Part shown: positions 22,563 to 32,884 of the stretch, in pieces | Layout of the letters: every line of letters starts with the position of its first letter | Numbering within the stretch: position 1 is the stretch's first letter | NCBI GenBank assembly: GCA_041741955.1 | Contig: JBGSJL010000343.1 | Coordinates: 13,953-77,952 of the forward strand | Length of the DNA: 64,000 nt | Origin: Pirellulaceae bacterium | GTDB taxonomy: Bacteria; Planctomycetota; Planctomycetia; Pirellulales; Pirellulaceae | Direction: 5' to 3' | The notes under the pieces: model-generated | Database searches by the model: none | What the model was told of the DNA's origin: nothing | The model's input: only the letters and a program-made list of their open reading frames with translations | Made by a program: the position numbers and the translations under genes

Positions 22563-24434
22563 TCAGGCTTTCGGAGTCGGGGCGCTGGAGGCCTGGCTGG
22601 CAAATGAGCCATCGAAGGCACTTAGTGGTAGACCTGCCGCTGGTTTTGCCGACTCAGTGACTTCCGTTTGGGCTCGCCTGTCGACATTTGACCGAGTAAT
22701 TCTTTCGGTGGTAGTGGCACGAGCTGGCTTGGAGCGTTGCGTGTTTTTGACTTGGGTCCATGATCGATAGGCTGCGATGGCACGCTCAGCGACTGGGCTG
22801 GAGCGAATCCATCCAGGAACGGCCAGCGCGGCAATCTCTGACATGGAGGGGCCAAGCTGACCGATGGCTGCTTGGTTCGCAGCCACACGATGGGTGGCGT
22901 TGGGCTGGGCCGCTGACTCCTGGTGGTGCATTTCATCGCGGTCCGAAGCACGTCGACCGGCATTGCCGCTAAAGTCAAATTTACGTCGACCGAAGCTCGC
23001 GCCACCCTCCAGCGGCGACAGCAGGAACACCAACCCCAGTCCGAACAACATGCCGCTGGCGGTCGCTCCAAGCAGAATGGAGCTGCGGCCAGGTCCAATC
23101 GGCTTCTCGCCCAGCATGGGCTTGTCGATACGTGTAATCAAACTGGATGTCATTGAGGCTTGCCGCGCTGCTTGGGCTTGGCTTAGTTCCCGTTCGCATT
23201 CCTGCAGTTGTGTATTGCGGGACTTGACTTCGCTAGCCACGTTCGAATAGACCGCGCGGATACTGGCGATTTTCTCTAAGCGCGACTCGAGCTGCAGTTG
23301 CTGCGATTTGAGTTTGCTGACGCGTTCGAACGCAATTTCGACATCCTTGCCTAGGGTTTGAGCGGCCGTTCCAAGTTCGCTACGAAGCTGTTGACGCATT
23401 TTGGCTTCGGCTTCAAGCGCGGCAACCACCAACGGATGTTCCGGCGTATAGCGACCCTGTAGTTGGCTGGTGGTAATCGTGGCGTTTGCCAATCCATCGC
23501 GGAGCGTTTTGAGACCGGCTTGGCTGTTGACAAGCGAGCTGGGTGTCAACAGTAGTTGGTCGGGGTTTTCGAATGAGTCGGCGGCCTGATTAAGGTCGGT
23601 TTGCAACTGCTGCAATTGCAATTCGGCTTGACGCAGCTCTGTTTTAATGGTGTCGAGTACAAGTCGATTGCTGCCGCCGCCAGAGTTGGCATCAGTCATC
23701 CCACGCAGGTCGCTGAGGTCTGCCCCAGCTTCCTCTTCGATTTGCTTGAGTTGCTCAGTAGCCGCCTGCAATTTTGTTTCGGCCGAGTTCTTGGCAGATT
23801 GCAGTTCGGAAATGACGCCATCGGCCCGCGCCTTGCGAACTTGTTGCATGCGGTTTTCGAGCGCATCGCAGACTGCCAAATTGAGGGCCACAGCCCGCGT
23901 TGGCGAACTTTGCTTGACATCGATATAGATTACTTCGGTTGTCCCCAGTTCTGCGCCACGCGGAGCGCGGACTTGGATACCGCTCCGAGCCAAATCGTCA
24001 ACTTCGGACGTGGTCGGTGGAGCTGAATTGGAAACCCGGCCGAACCACGTTTTTGGTCGGCCCACGGCCAGCAGTGCATCGCTGACGACCTGGGCGTTGC
24101 GAGCCATCTCGAGAATCGTTTCTTGAGCAGCCTTCATTTCAGTTTGGCTCTGGAATCTCCCAAGTCGCATCACCGCGCCATTGGCTTCATCGCGAATAAT
24201 GATGCCCTGCGAAGCAACCCACGTATCGCTCTTCAGAAACAGAACGTAGAACAGTCCCAGCACGAAAAATGCAGTTGTCGTTGTAAGCCAAACCGAGCGC
24301 CATAGCCAATAGGTGCTCGCAAGTTGAACAAGCTGGGGATTGTTGATTTTGGGGACGATCATAGCTTTCAGCCAACAAGAGTGCGTTCTGCGAATCGAAG
24401 GCTTGCGTAGTCGGGTGCGTGTGTTTGAACCCAT
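22563..24434 (-). CDS. GumC/Wzz-like polysaccharide co-polymerase (no kinase domain)
   Basis: Two TM segments flanking long coiled coils, YTPEHPLV motif, Pro-rich segment before TM2; start may be ~24362. Confidence 0.8.
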   Translation of the reverse strand: MGSNTRTRLRKPSIRRTHSCWLKAMIVPKINNPQLVQLASTYWLWRSVWLTTTTAFFVLGLFYVLFLKSDTWVASQGIIIRDEANGAVMRLGRFQSQTEMKAAQETILEMARNAQVVSDALLAVGRPKTWFGRVSNSAPPTTSEVDDLARSGIQVRAPRGAELGTTEVIYIDVKQSSPTRAVALNLAVCDALENRMQQVRKARADGVISELQSAKNSAETKLQAATEQLKQIEEEAGADLSDLRGMTDANSGGGSNRLVLDTIKTELRQAELQLQQLQTDLNQAADSFENPDQLLLTPSSLVNSQAGLKTLRDGLANATITTSQLQGRYTPEHPLVVAALEAEAKMRQQLRSELGTAAQTLGKDVEIAFERVSKLKSQQLQLESRLEKIASIRAVYSNVASEVKSRNTQLQECERELSQAQAARQASMTSSLITRIDKPMLGEKPIGPGRSSILLGATASGMLFGLGLVFLLSPLEGGASFGRRKFDFSGNAGRRASDRDEMHHQESAAQPNATHRVAANQAAIGQLGPSMSEIAALAVPGWIRSSPVAERAIAAYRSWTQVKNTQRSKPARATTTERITRSNVDRRAQTEVTESAKPAAGLPLSAFDGSFASQASSAPTPKA

Positions 24435-24684
24435 TTCTTTATTCAGCCTGACGCCGAACCGTAGCCCACAGGTGGTTCTCAGGCCTACAAAACTTGCATT
24501 CTGCTGGGCTTTTTGCAGGCCCTGCGACTACCGGTGGTGGCTGTTGACGGTCGTGTCGATGCTAAGGCTTGAGCGGTCTGGGCCGATACTAAGAATTCCA
24601 TGGACCCGTCGCCAATACTTAGCGATTTGGCTAAATTGGAGCTCGGTTGCAATCGTCGCTCGTGTCACTGGAGCTTGAGGTCGC

Positions 24685-25215
24685 GTGAGAGTACTTTTAT
24701 CCGAAAGCCGGCTGAGGGAAGGTGTCACCGAAATGGCAGCGGCAATCACACAACGCTACGGTGATTCGCCGCTGACGATCGTAGCTGTTATGACGGGCAG
24801 TTTAGTGCTGATGGCGGATCTCATTCGGCTACTAAGCATGCCGGTTCGGGTAAGTTTGATTCAGGCCAGCAGTTATCGTGGGGGTACGCAGGCGGATACG
24901 CTCTGGCTGCGCGATGATATGATGCTCGACGTGGCCGACCGCGATGTGCTGGTGTTGGACGATATTTTCGACACGGGCAACACACTCAAAACGGTTATGC
25001 AGTGCATTCGGCAAATGAAGCCTGCGAGCGTCGCTTCGGCAGTTTTGCTGCACAAAGTCGGATGCCAGAAAGTTGATTTGCTGCCGGATTTCGTGGCTTT
25101 CAGGATTCCAAACGAGTTTGTCGTCGGTTATGGATTAGACTATCAAGACCTATATCGCAATTTGCCCTTTCTAGCTGTTCTGGAGCCCAGCGAGATCGAG
25201 GCGGAAGCTGTCTGA
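24685..25215 (+). CDS. hpt: Hypoxanthine phosphoribosyltransferase
   Basis: VLVLDDIFDTGNTL PRPP motif; FVVGYGLDY...YRNLP. Confidence 0.93.
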   Translation: MRVLLSESRLREGVTEMAAAITQRYGDSPLTIVAVMTGSLVLMADLIRLLSMPVRVSLIQASSYRGGTQADTLWLRDDMMLDVADRDVLVLDDIFDTGNTLKTVMQCIRQMKPASVASAVLLHKVGCQKVDLLPDFVAFRIPNEFVVGYGLDYQDLYRNLPFLAVLEPSEIEAEAV

Positions 25216-25231
25216 GCGGCCGAGTTCAAGT

Positions 25232-26392
25232 ATGAAATCAACACGGCGAGTCCTGGTAATCGCTCGCCAATACTGGCCCATTACCTCCGACGATACCCTC
25301 AGGCTTAAGCACTGGGTAGATGACTTGCGTGATCAGAATGTGGAGGTGTGCCTGCTGACACCTCGCTGGCACGCGAGCTGGCCACGCCGAATTGTCTGCG
25401 ACGATGTCTTGGTCGAGCGCATCGACTATCCACCAACTCACACGCTCCGTCACGGACGCTACCAAAGGCAGATTGGCAATTGGATTGCACGCAACCAAGT
25501 TGGTTTTGATCTGATCTACTGCGACGCTCCCGATTTGGAAGCAGCCGCGATTTTGAATCACCGCGCGAACGATCAAGGCCCGCCGCTGATCGTTCGTTAC
25601 GACTCGCAGACAGCCGACGGCAGCTCGACGTGGACCGGTGTATCGGGTCGAACTCTGGACGTTTGCCGCCGCGCCGCGTTGGTGCTGGCGGCAGATGCGA
25701 CTTCTCATCAGCAATTGCTGGCCGCTGGTCTACCACCGGACTTGATAGCGCGCGCCCGCCAGGTGCAGGGGTCGAGATTCGATCGCAACCCAGAATCGCG
25801 ACGCCAGGCGCGACAGGTTTTATGCGAAATCAATCATGATTTGTTCGCTACATCACAGGATCGTGTCCTGATCTGTCCAGGCGAACTTAGCCAGAGCTGG
25901 GGTATCGAGCTGCTGATTCGAGCGCTCGCACCACTTATCGAGACGCATCGATCACTTCGGGTTTGGATAATGGGTGACAGTCGCTTGAGGCCTAAGTATT
26001 ACGAGGCACTGCGGCATGAGGGATTGCATCGCGCAGTTGCCATGCCCGGCATTTTTACCGACATGCAGTCTGTATTCCAGGCTGCCGACTTATGTGTCTT
26101 TCCCGCAGCTCGCGTCGGCCTCGGTTGGTTGCTACCGACGTGTATCGCCAGCTCTGTGCCAACACTGGTTTGTGATTCGGTCGAGGCCAGGCAGATGCTG
26201 GGACCTGAAGCGTCGGATCTTTCGTTCGCGGCCAATAGCCCGCACGCCCTGCGCGAGCGCGTGGCCAATTGGCTCGTCCATCCCAGTGCGGTTCAGGCCA
26301 GTATGCATCAAGTTCACACGCGCACCATGTCGGCGGATTGTCCTACGTGGAGCAGCCATGGATTGTTTCAACGGTTGGAAATCAACGTCTAA
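25232..26392 (+). CDS. Glycosyltransferase family 4 (divergent)
   Basis: GT-B layout, VFQAADLCVFP; the acidic E-x7-E motif is not evident. Confidence 0.7.
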   Translation: MKSTRRVLVIARQYWPITSDDTLRLKHWVDDLRDQNVEVCLLTPRWHASWPRRIVCDDVLVERIDYPPTHTLRHGRYQRQIGNWIARNQVGFDLIYCDAPDLEAAAILNHRANDQGPPLIVRYDSQTADGSSTWTGVSGRTLDVCRRAALVLAADATSHQQLLAAGLPPDLIARARQVQGSRFDRNPESRRQARQVLCEINHDLFATSQDRVLICPGELSQSWGIELLIRALAPLIETHRSLRVWIMGDSRLRPKYYEALRHEGLHRAVAMPGIFTDMQSVFQAADLCVFPAARVGLGWLLPTCIASSVPTLVCDSVEARQMLGPEASDLSFAANSPHALRERVANWLVHPSAVQASMHQVHTRTMSADCPTWSSHGLFQRLEINV

Positions 26393-27522
26393 TGTCGGCC
26401 AACGCACCTGCCCGTCTACGAATTTGCCAAATTATTCCCACGCTTGATCAGGGCGGCGCGGAAAAACAAATGGCGTTGCTGGCGACTCACCTGGACCGTG
26501 AACTATTTGAATCCCATGTCGTCGTGCTGACACACTCGGGGCCCTACGAAAAACAATTGCGCGACGCGGGTGTCCATGTTCACATCATCGGCAAACGTGG
26601 GAAGCTGGACCCCACCGCGCTGGGACGCTTGACAGCCAAGTTGCGTCAGCTCAAACCCGATGTCGCGCATACCTGGCTGTTCGCGGCCAACTCGTACGGT
26701 CGCGTGGCTGCTTGGCGGGCCGGCGTGCCAGTGATTGTAGCGGCCGAACGCTCGGTGGACCCTTGGAAAAAGTGGTGGCACTACGCCATCGATCGGCAGC
26801 TCCTTCGCTGGACCGATACCATCGCTACCAACACGTCGGCTGTCTCAGAGTTTTATGCCCAGCATGGCATCCCAGCCTCAAAATTTTCCGTAATCCCCAA
26901 TGCCGTGCTACCCCACCGAGCCGCCAGTATCTCACGCGACGAATTCTTCCGGCGACTGGACATTCCACCGCGCGGCCGGATTGTAGGAGCCGTGGGACGG
27001 CTATGGCATCAGAAGGGTTATCGCGACCTAATCTGGGCAGCCGAACTGTTGCGCGTTGCCTACCAGGATGTCTATCTAGTGATCGTTGGCGATGGTCCAG
27101 AGCGCGCGTCCTTGTTGAACTACCGCGACAAAGTCGGAAGTCAGGATGCAGTGCGCTTTGTAGGTCATCGGACCGACGCTGAGGAGCTCATGTCCGCCTT
27201 TGATCTGCTGTGGAACGGTAGTCTTTACGAAGGACAAAGCAACACGATCCTGGAGGCGATGATGCGCGGCATCCCGGTTATCGCCAGCAACATCCCCGGC
27301 AACCGCGACTTGGTGGCCCACGGTCAGACTGGATTTCTGTTTGATCTCAGTGACACTGCCGCGCTAACGAAACTTTCTAACAAGTTACTGCGGGATGACG
27401 ACGCGCGCGCGGCCATGGGGCAGCAGGCACAGCAGCGGGCGGACGAGCACTTTTCGCTTGGCAACATGATCAGTACTTACCAAAGACTCTATCAGCGGCT
27501 GAGCGACGCCAAGCCACGCTAG
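26392..27522 (+). CDS. Glycosyltransferase family 4
   Basis: GGAEKQ, VGRLWHQKG and YEGQSNTILEAM motifs; the ATG overlaps the previous stop (TAATG). Confidence 0.92.
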   Translation: MSANAPARLRICQIIPTLDQGGAEKQMALLATHLDRELFESHVVVLTHSGPYEKQLRDAGVHVHIIGKRGKLDPTALGRLTAKLRQLKPDVAHTWLFAANSYGRVAAWRAGVPVIVAAERSVDPWKKWWHYAIDRQLLRWTDTIATNTSAVSEFYAQHGIPASKFSVIPNAVLPHRAASISRDEFFRRLDIPPRGRIVGAVGRLWHQKGYRDLIWAAELLRVAYQDVYLVIVGDGPERASLLNYRDKVGSQDAVRFVGHRTDAEELMSAFDLLWNGSLYEGQSNTILEAMMRGIPVIASNIPGNRDLVAHGQTGFLFDLSDTAALTKLSNKLLRDDDARAAMGQQAQQRADEHFSLGNMISTYQRLYQRLSDAKPR

Positions 27523-28440
27523 TTATGCTAGGCCCATGCGCTCCTTGGGGTCGCGGAGTCCGTTTGCCAATTTGCCGAGGGCTTCTGTTTCGATCTGTCG
27601 CACGCGCTCACGGGTCAAACCGAGTTCGTGACCGATCTCTTTGAGCGTATGAGCTTGGGTATCGGCTAAGCCGAAGCGCATCCGCAGCACAGTGGCTTCG
27701 CGCACATCGAGTCCTTCGAGCAGCTCCATGGCCGTGCTGAGCACATCGTGGTCCAACAGCTCCTCATCGGGCGCTTTGAGGCGTTCGTCCATGACCATCT
27801 CGCCGAGCGACCAACCGGCATCGGTCTGGTCGCTTTGGGGCGTACTATTATAGATCTGAATGGCTTTCTTGATGATTGGCAGCTTTTTACGCGCCAGTCC
27901 AAGTACGCGCCCGACTTCTTCGGCTGTCGGCGTCCTACCAAGTTCTTCTGTCAAGCGTGCCGACGCGCGTCGCCACTTGCTCAAGAGTTCTACCATGTAC
28001 GCGGGGATGCGAATCGTCTTGGCCGAGTTGATTAACGCGCGCTTGATCGATTGTTTGATCCAATAGCTTGCGTAGGTGCTGAAGCGCGTGCCCACTTCGG
28101 GATCAAATCCTTCGACGGCCCGCAGCAGGCCCAGGTTGCCTTCTTCGATCAGGTCTTGAAGACCCAGCCCCTTGCCGACATAACCACGAGCAATATTGAC
28201 CACCAAGCGCAGATTGGCGCGAACCATGTGGTCGCGGGCTTGCACATCGCCTTCGCCGATCCGGACCGCCAGCGTGCGCTCCTCTTTAGCCGATAACAAG
28301 GCCGTCTCATTGATTTCGCGGAGGTAGGTCTCCAGCGGACTCTGTGGCTGCATTTCATCTCGAGTCCGCTTGCGGCGACTGGCGCGAAGGTCTGCCTGTT
28401 CATCTGCCACGTCAGCCGGTAAATCATGGAGGTCGGACAT
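27523..28440 (-). CDS. RNA polymerase sigma-70 factor, RpoD/RpoS-like (no region 1.1)
   Basis: YLREI, ANLRLVV, DLIEEGNLGL, RFSTYASYWIKQSI and TLKEIG...TRERVRQIE. Confidence 0.95.
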   Translation of the reverse strand: MSDLHDLPADVADEQADLRASRRKRTRDEMQPQSPLETYLREINETALLSAKEERTLAVRIGEGDVQARDHMVRANLRLVVNIARGYVGKGLGLQDLIEEGNLGLLRAVEGFDPEVGTRFSTYASYWIKQSIKRALINSAKTIRIPAYMVELLSKWRRASARLTEELGRTPTAEEVGRVLGLARKKLPIIKKAIQIYNSTPQSDQTDAGWSLGEMVMDERLKAPDEELLDHDVLSTAMELLEGLDVREATVLRMRFGLADTQAHTLKEIGHELGLTRERVRQIETEALGKLANGLRDPKERMGLA

Positions 28441-28715
28441 AATATTTCAATGCAAACGAAGGGACAATGTACTGGGAATCGTAATTGCTCGACACCAAAA
28501 CAGGATTATTGGCGGAGCTCAACTGCATCCTGTGGCTATAATGACAGCAATCGTGTTGGTAAACTTTGATATCGACGACACCCGCGTGCCGCTCGAACAA
28601 ATGTGAAAGAGGAGGGGTCGTAAGGATTTTTTCGCCCACGCGAGTCTTGCGGCCATTTTGTTTTTTTACGCTCGCGCCCGTCTGCCAAGGACGGTCATCA
28701 CTTTAGGAGATAAAC

Positions 28716-30017
28716 ATGGGTCGGTCACCCAATACGCGTCGACGAGTCCTCGATCGCCGAAGTTTTTTGGGCTCAGCCGCCGGCGCGACTGCAGTCGGCT
28801 TTTTTACCAGCTCGACAGCGGCACAATCCACTTCGCCCAACGAGAGCCTGAATATAGCTTGTGTCGGAACGGCCAATCGCGCAGCAGCAGATATCGATGG
28901 AGTCATTCACGAGCGTATCGTAGCGCTCTGTGATGTCGATGGAAATTATCTGCAGCAAAAACTCAAAGAAGTCCCCGACGCGCGCAGCTACGCGGATTAT
29001 CGCGAGATGCTGGACAAGGAAACGGACAAAGTAGATGCTGTCGTCATCGGTGCCACCGACCATCATCATGCGCCCGCTGCCATGCGGGCCATTCGAGCTG
29101 GAAAACACGTGTACTGCGAGAAACCGCTTTCGCATACCGTCTACGAAGCGCGACTCATTACCGATGCAGCCCGCCAGGCCGGCGTGGCCACTCAGCTCGG
29201 CACGCAGATCCATGCCGAGAGCAACTACCGCCGCGTCGTCGAAATCATCCGAGCCCAAACAATCGGGACTGTCACCGATGTCCATGTGTGGATTGGTGGC
29301 AAGGGCTGGGGCGGCGGCGAAATGCCCGAGCGGTTCGATGAACCGCCGGCCCATTTGAATTGGGATCTTTGGCTTGGGCCCGCACCAAGTCGGCCCTATG
29401 CCAACGGACGCTACCATCCCGCTCAATGGAGGAAATGGTGGGACTTCGGACAGGGAACTCTCGGCGACATGGGTTGCCACCTGATGGACCTGCCCTTCTG
29501 GGCCCTTGGCCTCAAATACCCCACTGAAGTCTCAGCCGAAGGACCGCCCGTGCATCCGCACACTGCGCCGATCGGTATGATCGTGCGCTATAAATTTGCT
29601 CAAAACAACCTCAACTTTACTTGGTATTGCGACACGCAGATCCCCAAGCAAATTAATGGGCTGAGCGTGCCCGGCAACGGCATCATGTTTGTCGGTACTG
29701 AGGGCATGATGTTTGCCGACTATAATAAATACAAGCTATTTCCAGTCGAGAAGTTCGCAGGCTTTGAGCCGCCCCAGCCGACAATCCCCGCATCGATCGG
29801 TCACCATCGAGAGTGGCTCAAAGCCTGTCGCGATGGTTCACCCACGACTTGCAATTTTGATTACTCCGGACCGCTGACTGAAGCCGTGCTATTGGGCAAC
29901 GTTGCCTACCGCAGTGGCAAGAAAGTCACCTGGGATGCGGAAAACCTGCAAACAGGCGATCCAGAAGCACAAAAGTTCCTTTCGAAGGAATACCGCAGTG
30001 GCTGGGAAGTCAGTTAA
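28716..30017 (+). CDS. Tat-exported Gfo/Idh/MocA oxidoreductase
   Basis: DRRSFLG Tat motif, AGKHVYCEKP, WDLWLGPAP and GDMGCH. Confidence 0.92.
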   Translation: MGRSPNTRRRVLDRRSFLGSAAGATAVGFFTSSTAAQSTSPNESLNIACVGTANRAAADIDGVIHERIVALCDVDGNYLQQKLKEVPDARSYADYREMLDKETDKVDAVVIGATDHHHAPAAMRAIRAGKHVYCEKPLSHTVYEARLITDAARQAGVATQLGTQIHAESNYRRVVEIIRAQTIGTVTDVHVWIGGKGWGGGEMPERFDEPPAHLNWDLWLGPAPSRPYANGRYHPAQWRKWWDFGQGTLGDMGCHLMDLPFWALGLKYPTEVSAEGPPVHPHTAPIGMIVRYKFAQNNLNFTWYCDTQIPKQINGLSVPGNGIMFVGTEGMMFADYNKYKLFPVEKFAGFEPPQPTIPASIGHHREWLKACRDGSPTTCNFDYSGPLTEAVLLGNVAYRSGKKVTWDAENLQTGDPEAQKFLSKEYRSGWEVS

Positions 30018-30115
30018 AATGGTACTTTTGCGACCCAAAATCGCTTAGATAAAGATGAAGGACCGCACGCCTCCTTATGGCTAGTACTTTTGGGGGTCAA
30101 GGGCCTGGCGTTCTT

Positions 30116-30166
30116 GCTCCCTTCCCCACAGTGCTCTGGGGTTGAGCGGATTGGGGATGAGGGGGC
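30116..30166. repeat. Degenerate REP-like element
   Basis: C-rich/G-rich intergenic palindrome CTCCCTTCCCCAC...GGGGTTGAGCGGATTGGGGATGAGGGG. Confidence 0.4.
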
Positions 30167-30249
30167 CGGAGAATGCGGGACACTGCCATCAAACATAATT
30201 TGCGCGTTTAACCGCGTGCTCAGCGGGCCGCGTTTGTCAGCGAAAAGAA

Positions 30250-32358
30250 ATGGATACCATGCTCAAGCGGTTGCAGGAATCGAAGTCCGCCAGCGCTCCC
30301 GTTGGAAGTGCTCGGTTTCCGCTGCAAGCGTTGGAAGCAGTCGCACCCGAACTAGTCACCAGCGAACTTTCGGCGGAGCTAGATAATGAAGACGCGACTT
30401 GGTACGAACGGTTGGGACTCGACGGCAATTCCCAAGCGTTTTTGGTAAGCCTACTGTTCCATGTCGTACTTCTACTTTCGCTGGCCGTGTTACCCATTGT
30501 GGTAATCGCACCGGAAGTCCTGTCGTTCAAAGCCTCCGACCCGATTGACGATAGGGCGATGGTTTTGATCGAGCAAGTTGCCATTTCCGAAGAGCCTTCC
30601 AGCGAGGTGGGTGCGAACAGCATTAAAGACGCTGGTATGGCGCTGAGTATGGCACCGTTATTGGCGGACCTTTCCGAAATACCGTCTCCGTCCTACGACG
30701 CCCCCGTGCTCAGCGCAACATTTGATTTGAGCAACCAGATCACACAAGCGATGGGCTTGGTGCGCAGCGACAACGTTGTCAAAGGTATGACCGGCGTGGG
30801 TACGACCGGTACCGATGGGGCTGTCGATCGGATTACTTATGAGATCCTACGATCGATGGAAGAGCGTCCGACCTTGGTCGTTTGGTTTTTTGACCAGTCA
30901 GGGAGCCTTCAAAAGCGCCGGCAAGAAATTCGCGATCGCTTTGATCGCATTTATGAAGAACTGGGGATCGTCGAGCGTTCAAAGTTGGAGCAGGAGGGGC
31001 ATCGCAAGTCCGACGAACCGCTGCTGACCAGCATTTTTGCCTTTGGCGAACAAATCAATGTGCTGACACAGAGGCCGACTGCAGACATTCAGGAGATACG
31101 CGAAGCCATCGATGCGGTGACTCAGGATGATTCGGGCGTCGAGCGCGTTTTCACGGCCCTTTTCAAAGGTGTGGACAAATACAAGTCGTTTCGCGTAGGC
31201 CGAGATGGCTCTCAACGCAATGTGCTGTTTATCGCAGTCACTGACGAGCGAGGCGACGACGTTAATGGCCTCGATACCACCATCAAGGAGTGTCAAAAGT
31301 ACGCTATTCCAGTCTATGTTATCGGCGTGCCAGCACCCTTTGGACGCGACATAACCTATGTCAAGTACGTCGATCCGGACCCCAAGTACGATCAAACGCC
31401 GCAATGGGCCGAAGTCGACCAGGGGCCCGAATCGATCCTGCCCGAACGCGTACGACTTGGCTTTCGCGAAGAATACTACAACGAACCCATTGTCGACTCA
31501 GGATTTGGGCCCTATGCGCTCAGTCGATTGGCCTATGAAACGGGTGGTATTTACTTCACGGTACACCCCAATCGTCGATTGGGGAGCCGCGTTCGTCGCC
31601 ATGAGATCGAGCCGTTTGCATCGAATCTCGAATATTTTTTCGATCCGGAAGTGATGGTCAAATACCGTCCGGATTATGTTTCAGCCGGCGAATACATGCA
31701 GCGCGTCAATCAAAGTCCGCTGCGTGAAACGCTGGTCCGCGCGGCCAAGTTGCCTCGTGTCGATACACTGCAGAATCCCACGCTGCGCTTCGTCAAACGC
31801 GACGACGCCGCCCTAGCAAGCGCACTCACCTTGGCTCAGCAGCAGTCTGCGCGCTTAGACCCGCAACTGGCACAGTTGGCTGAGGTGCTCTGGGTCGGCG
31901 AACCCCACCGCGACAAAGAGATTTCACCACGCTGGTTGGCTGGCTTCGACCTGGCCCTGGGAACAGTACTGGCCCATAAGGTACGCGCCGAAGGGTACAA
32001 CGCAATGTTGGCGAAGGCCAAACGTGGCATGTCGTTTGAGAACCCCAAAAATAATACTTGGGTGCTTCAGCCATCGACTGAGATCAGCGTTGGCAGTCGC
32101 ATGGAGAAAGACGGACTGCGTTCGATCGAGTTGCTACAGGCGGTTGCCAAGCAGCACTCGGGAACGCCCTGGGGGTTGTTGGCAGCCGAAGAGTTGCGAA
32201 CACCGGTGGGTTGGAAGTGGCGAGAAGAGTTTACGGACCTCAATCCGCCGGCGAGCAATAACAATGCAGCCAACAACAATCCGCCGCGGCCGCCGCAGGA
32301 TGACCAAGCCCGTATGCTCGCACCGCCCGTGCCGAAACGTCCCGTTCCCAAACTCTAG
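30250..32358 (+). CDS. Membrane-anchored VWA-domain protein
   Basis: TM segment (SLLFHVVLLL), MIDAS motif FDQSGS, VTDE; Pro/Asn-rich tail. Confidence 0.85.
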   Translation: MDTMLKRLQESKSASAPVGSARFPLQALEAVAPELVTSELSAELDNEDATWYERLGLDGNSQAFLVSLLFHVVLLLSLAVLPIVVIAPEVLSFKASDPIDDRAMVLIEQVAISEEPSSEVGANSIKDAGMALSMAPLLADLSEIPSPSYDAPVLSATFDLSNQITQAMGLVRSDNVVKGMTGVGTTGTDGAVDRITYEILRSMEERPTLVVWFFDQSGSLQKRRQEIRDRFDRIYEELGIVERSKLEQEGHRKSDEPLLTSIFAFGEQINVLTQRPTADIQEIREAIDAVTQDDSGVERVFTALFKGVDKYKSFRVGRDGSQRNVLFIAVTDERGDDVNGLDTTIKECQKYAIPVYVIGVPAPFGRDITYVKYVDPDPKYDQTPQWAEVDQGPESILPERVRLGFREEYYNEPIVDSGFGPYALSRLAYETGGIYFTVHPNRRLGSRVRRHEIEPFASNLEYFFDPEVMVKYRPDYVSAGEYMQRVNQSPLRETLVRAAKLPRVDTLQNPTLRFVKRDDAALASALTLAQQQSARLDPQLAQLAEVLWVGEPHRDKEISPRWLAGFDLALGTVLAHKVRAEGYNAMLAKAKRGMSFENPKNNTWVLQPSTEISVGSRMEKDGLRSIELLQAVAKQHSGTPWGLLAAEELRTPVGWKWREEFTDLNPPASNNNAANNNPPRPPQDDQARMLAPPVPKRPVPKL

Positions 32359-32741
32359 GGTTGCAGAACCGGCTTCGCCCACCACAAACCTGCCAGCACG
32401 GCCGCCAGACCCAACCCCACATGGGCAGCAACCAACGCAATGGATAGGCCAGTGCGATCGGATTGCTGGTAGCGGACGACATCCAACGCAAAAGAGCTGA
32501 ACGTGGTCAGACCACCCAAGAGTCCGACGCGCACGCCCGTCACGGCCCAATGATTGTCAAGGTTGCAGGCCATCGACCACTGGACGAGCCAGCCAATCGC
32601 AAAGCAACCGGCAACATTGGCTATTAGCGTCGCAATCGGCAACCATGAGCAGCCAATAAAGGAAAACAATACAACCAAAAAGTATCTAGCCAGCGACCCC
32701 GTCATGCCGCCCAGAGCGACCGCCAAGCATTCTCGTAACAT
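32355..32741 (-). CDS. crcB: Fluoride efflux channel FluC/CrcB
   Basis: GGMTGSLARY, TLIANVAGCF and GLLGGLTTFSSF; AGGAG RBS. Confidence 0.93.
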   Translation of the reverse strand: MLRECLAVALGGMTGSLARYFLVVLFSFIGCSWLPIATLIANVAGCFAIGWLVQWSMACNLDNHWAVTGVRVGLLGGLTTFSSFALDVVRYQQSDRTGLSIALVAAHVGLGLAAVLAGLWWAKPVLQP

Positions 32742-32884
32742 GTGCAACTCCTACATCCGCGCGGGACAAGCCGTTTTGGCGGCAACCCGCGCAAATTAAG
32801 CGTTGAGTTTCCGTCGTTACTCCCTTATTCTTAAGGGCTTAATGCATTTGTTCCAATGGGACTGAAATTTAGGAGATTTCGGAA

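Noticed and set aside
32742-32884. Fluoride riboswitch upstream of crcB
   Set aside because: The GGCGAUGG.GUUCGCC-type consensus could not be found on the minus strand by eye.
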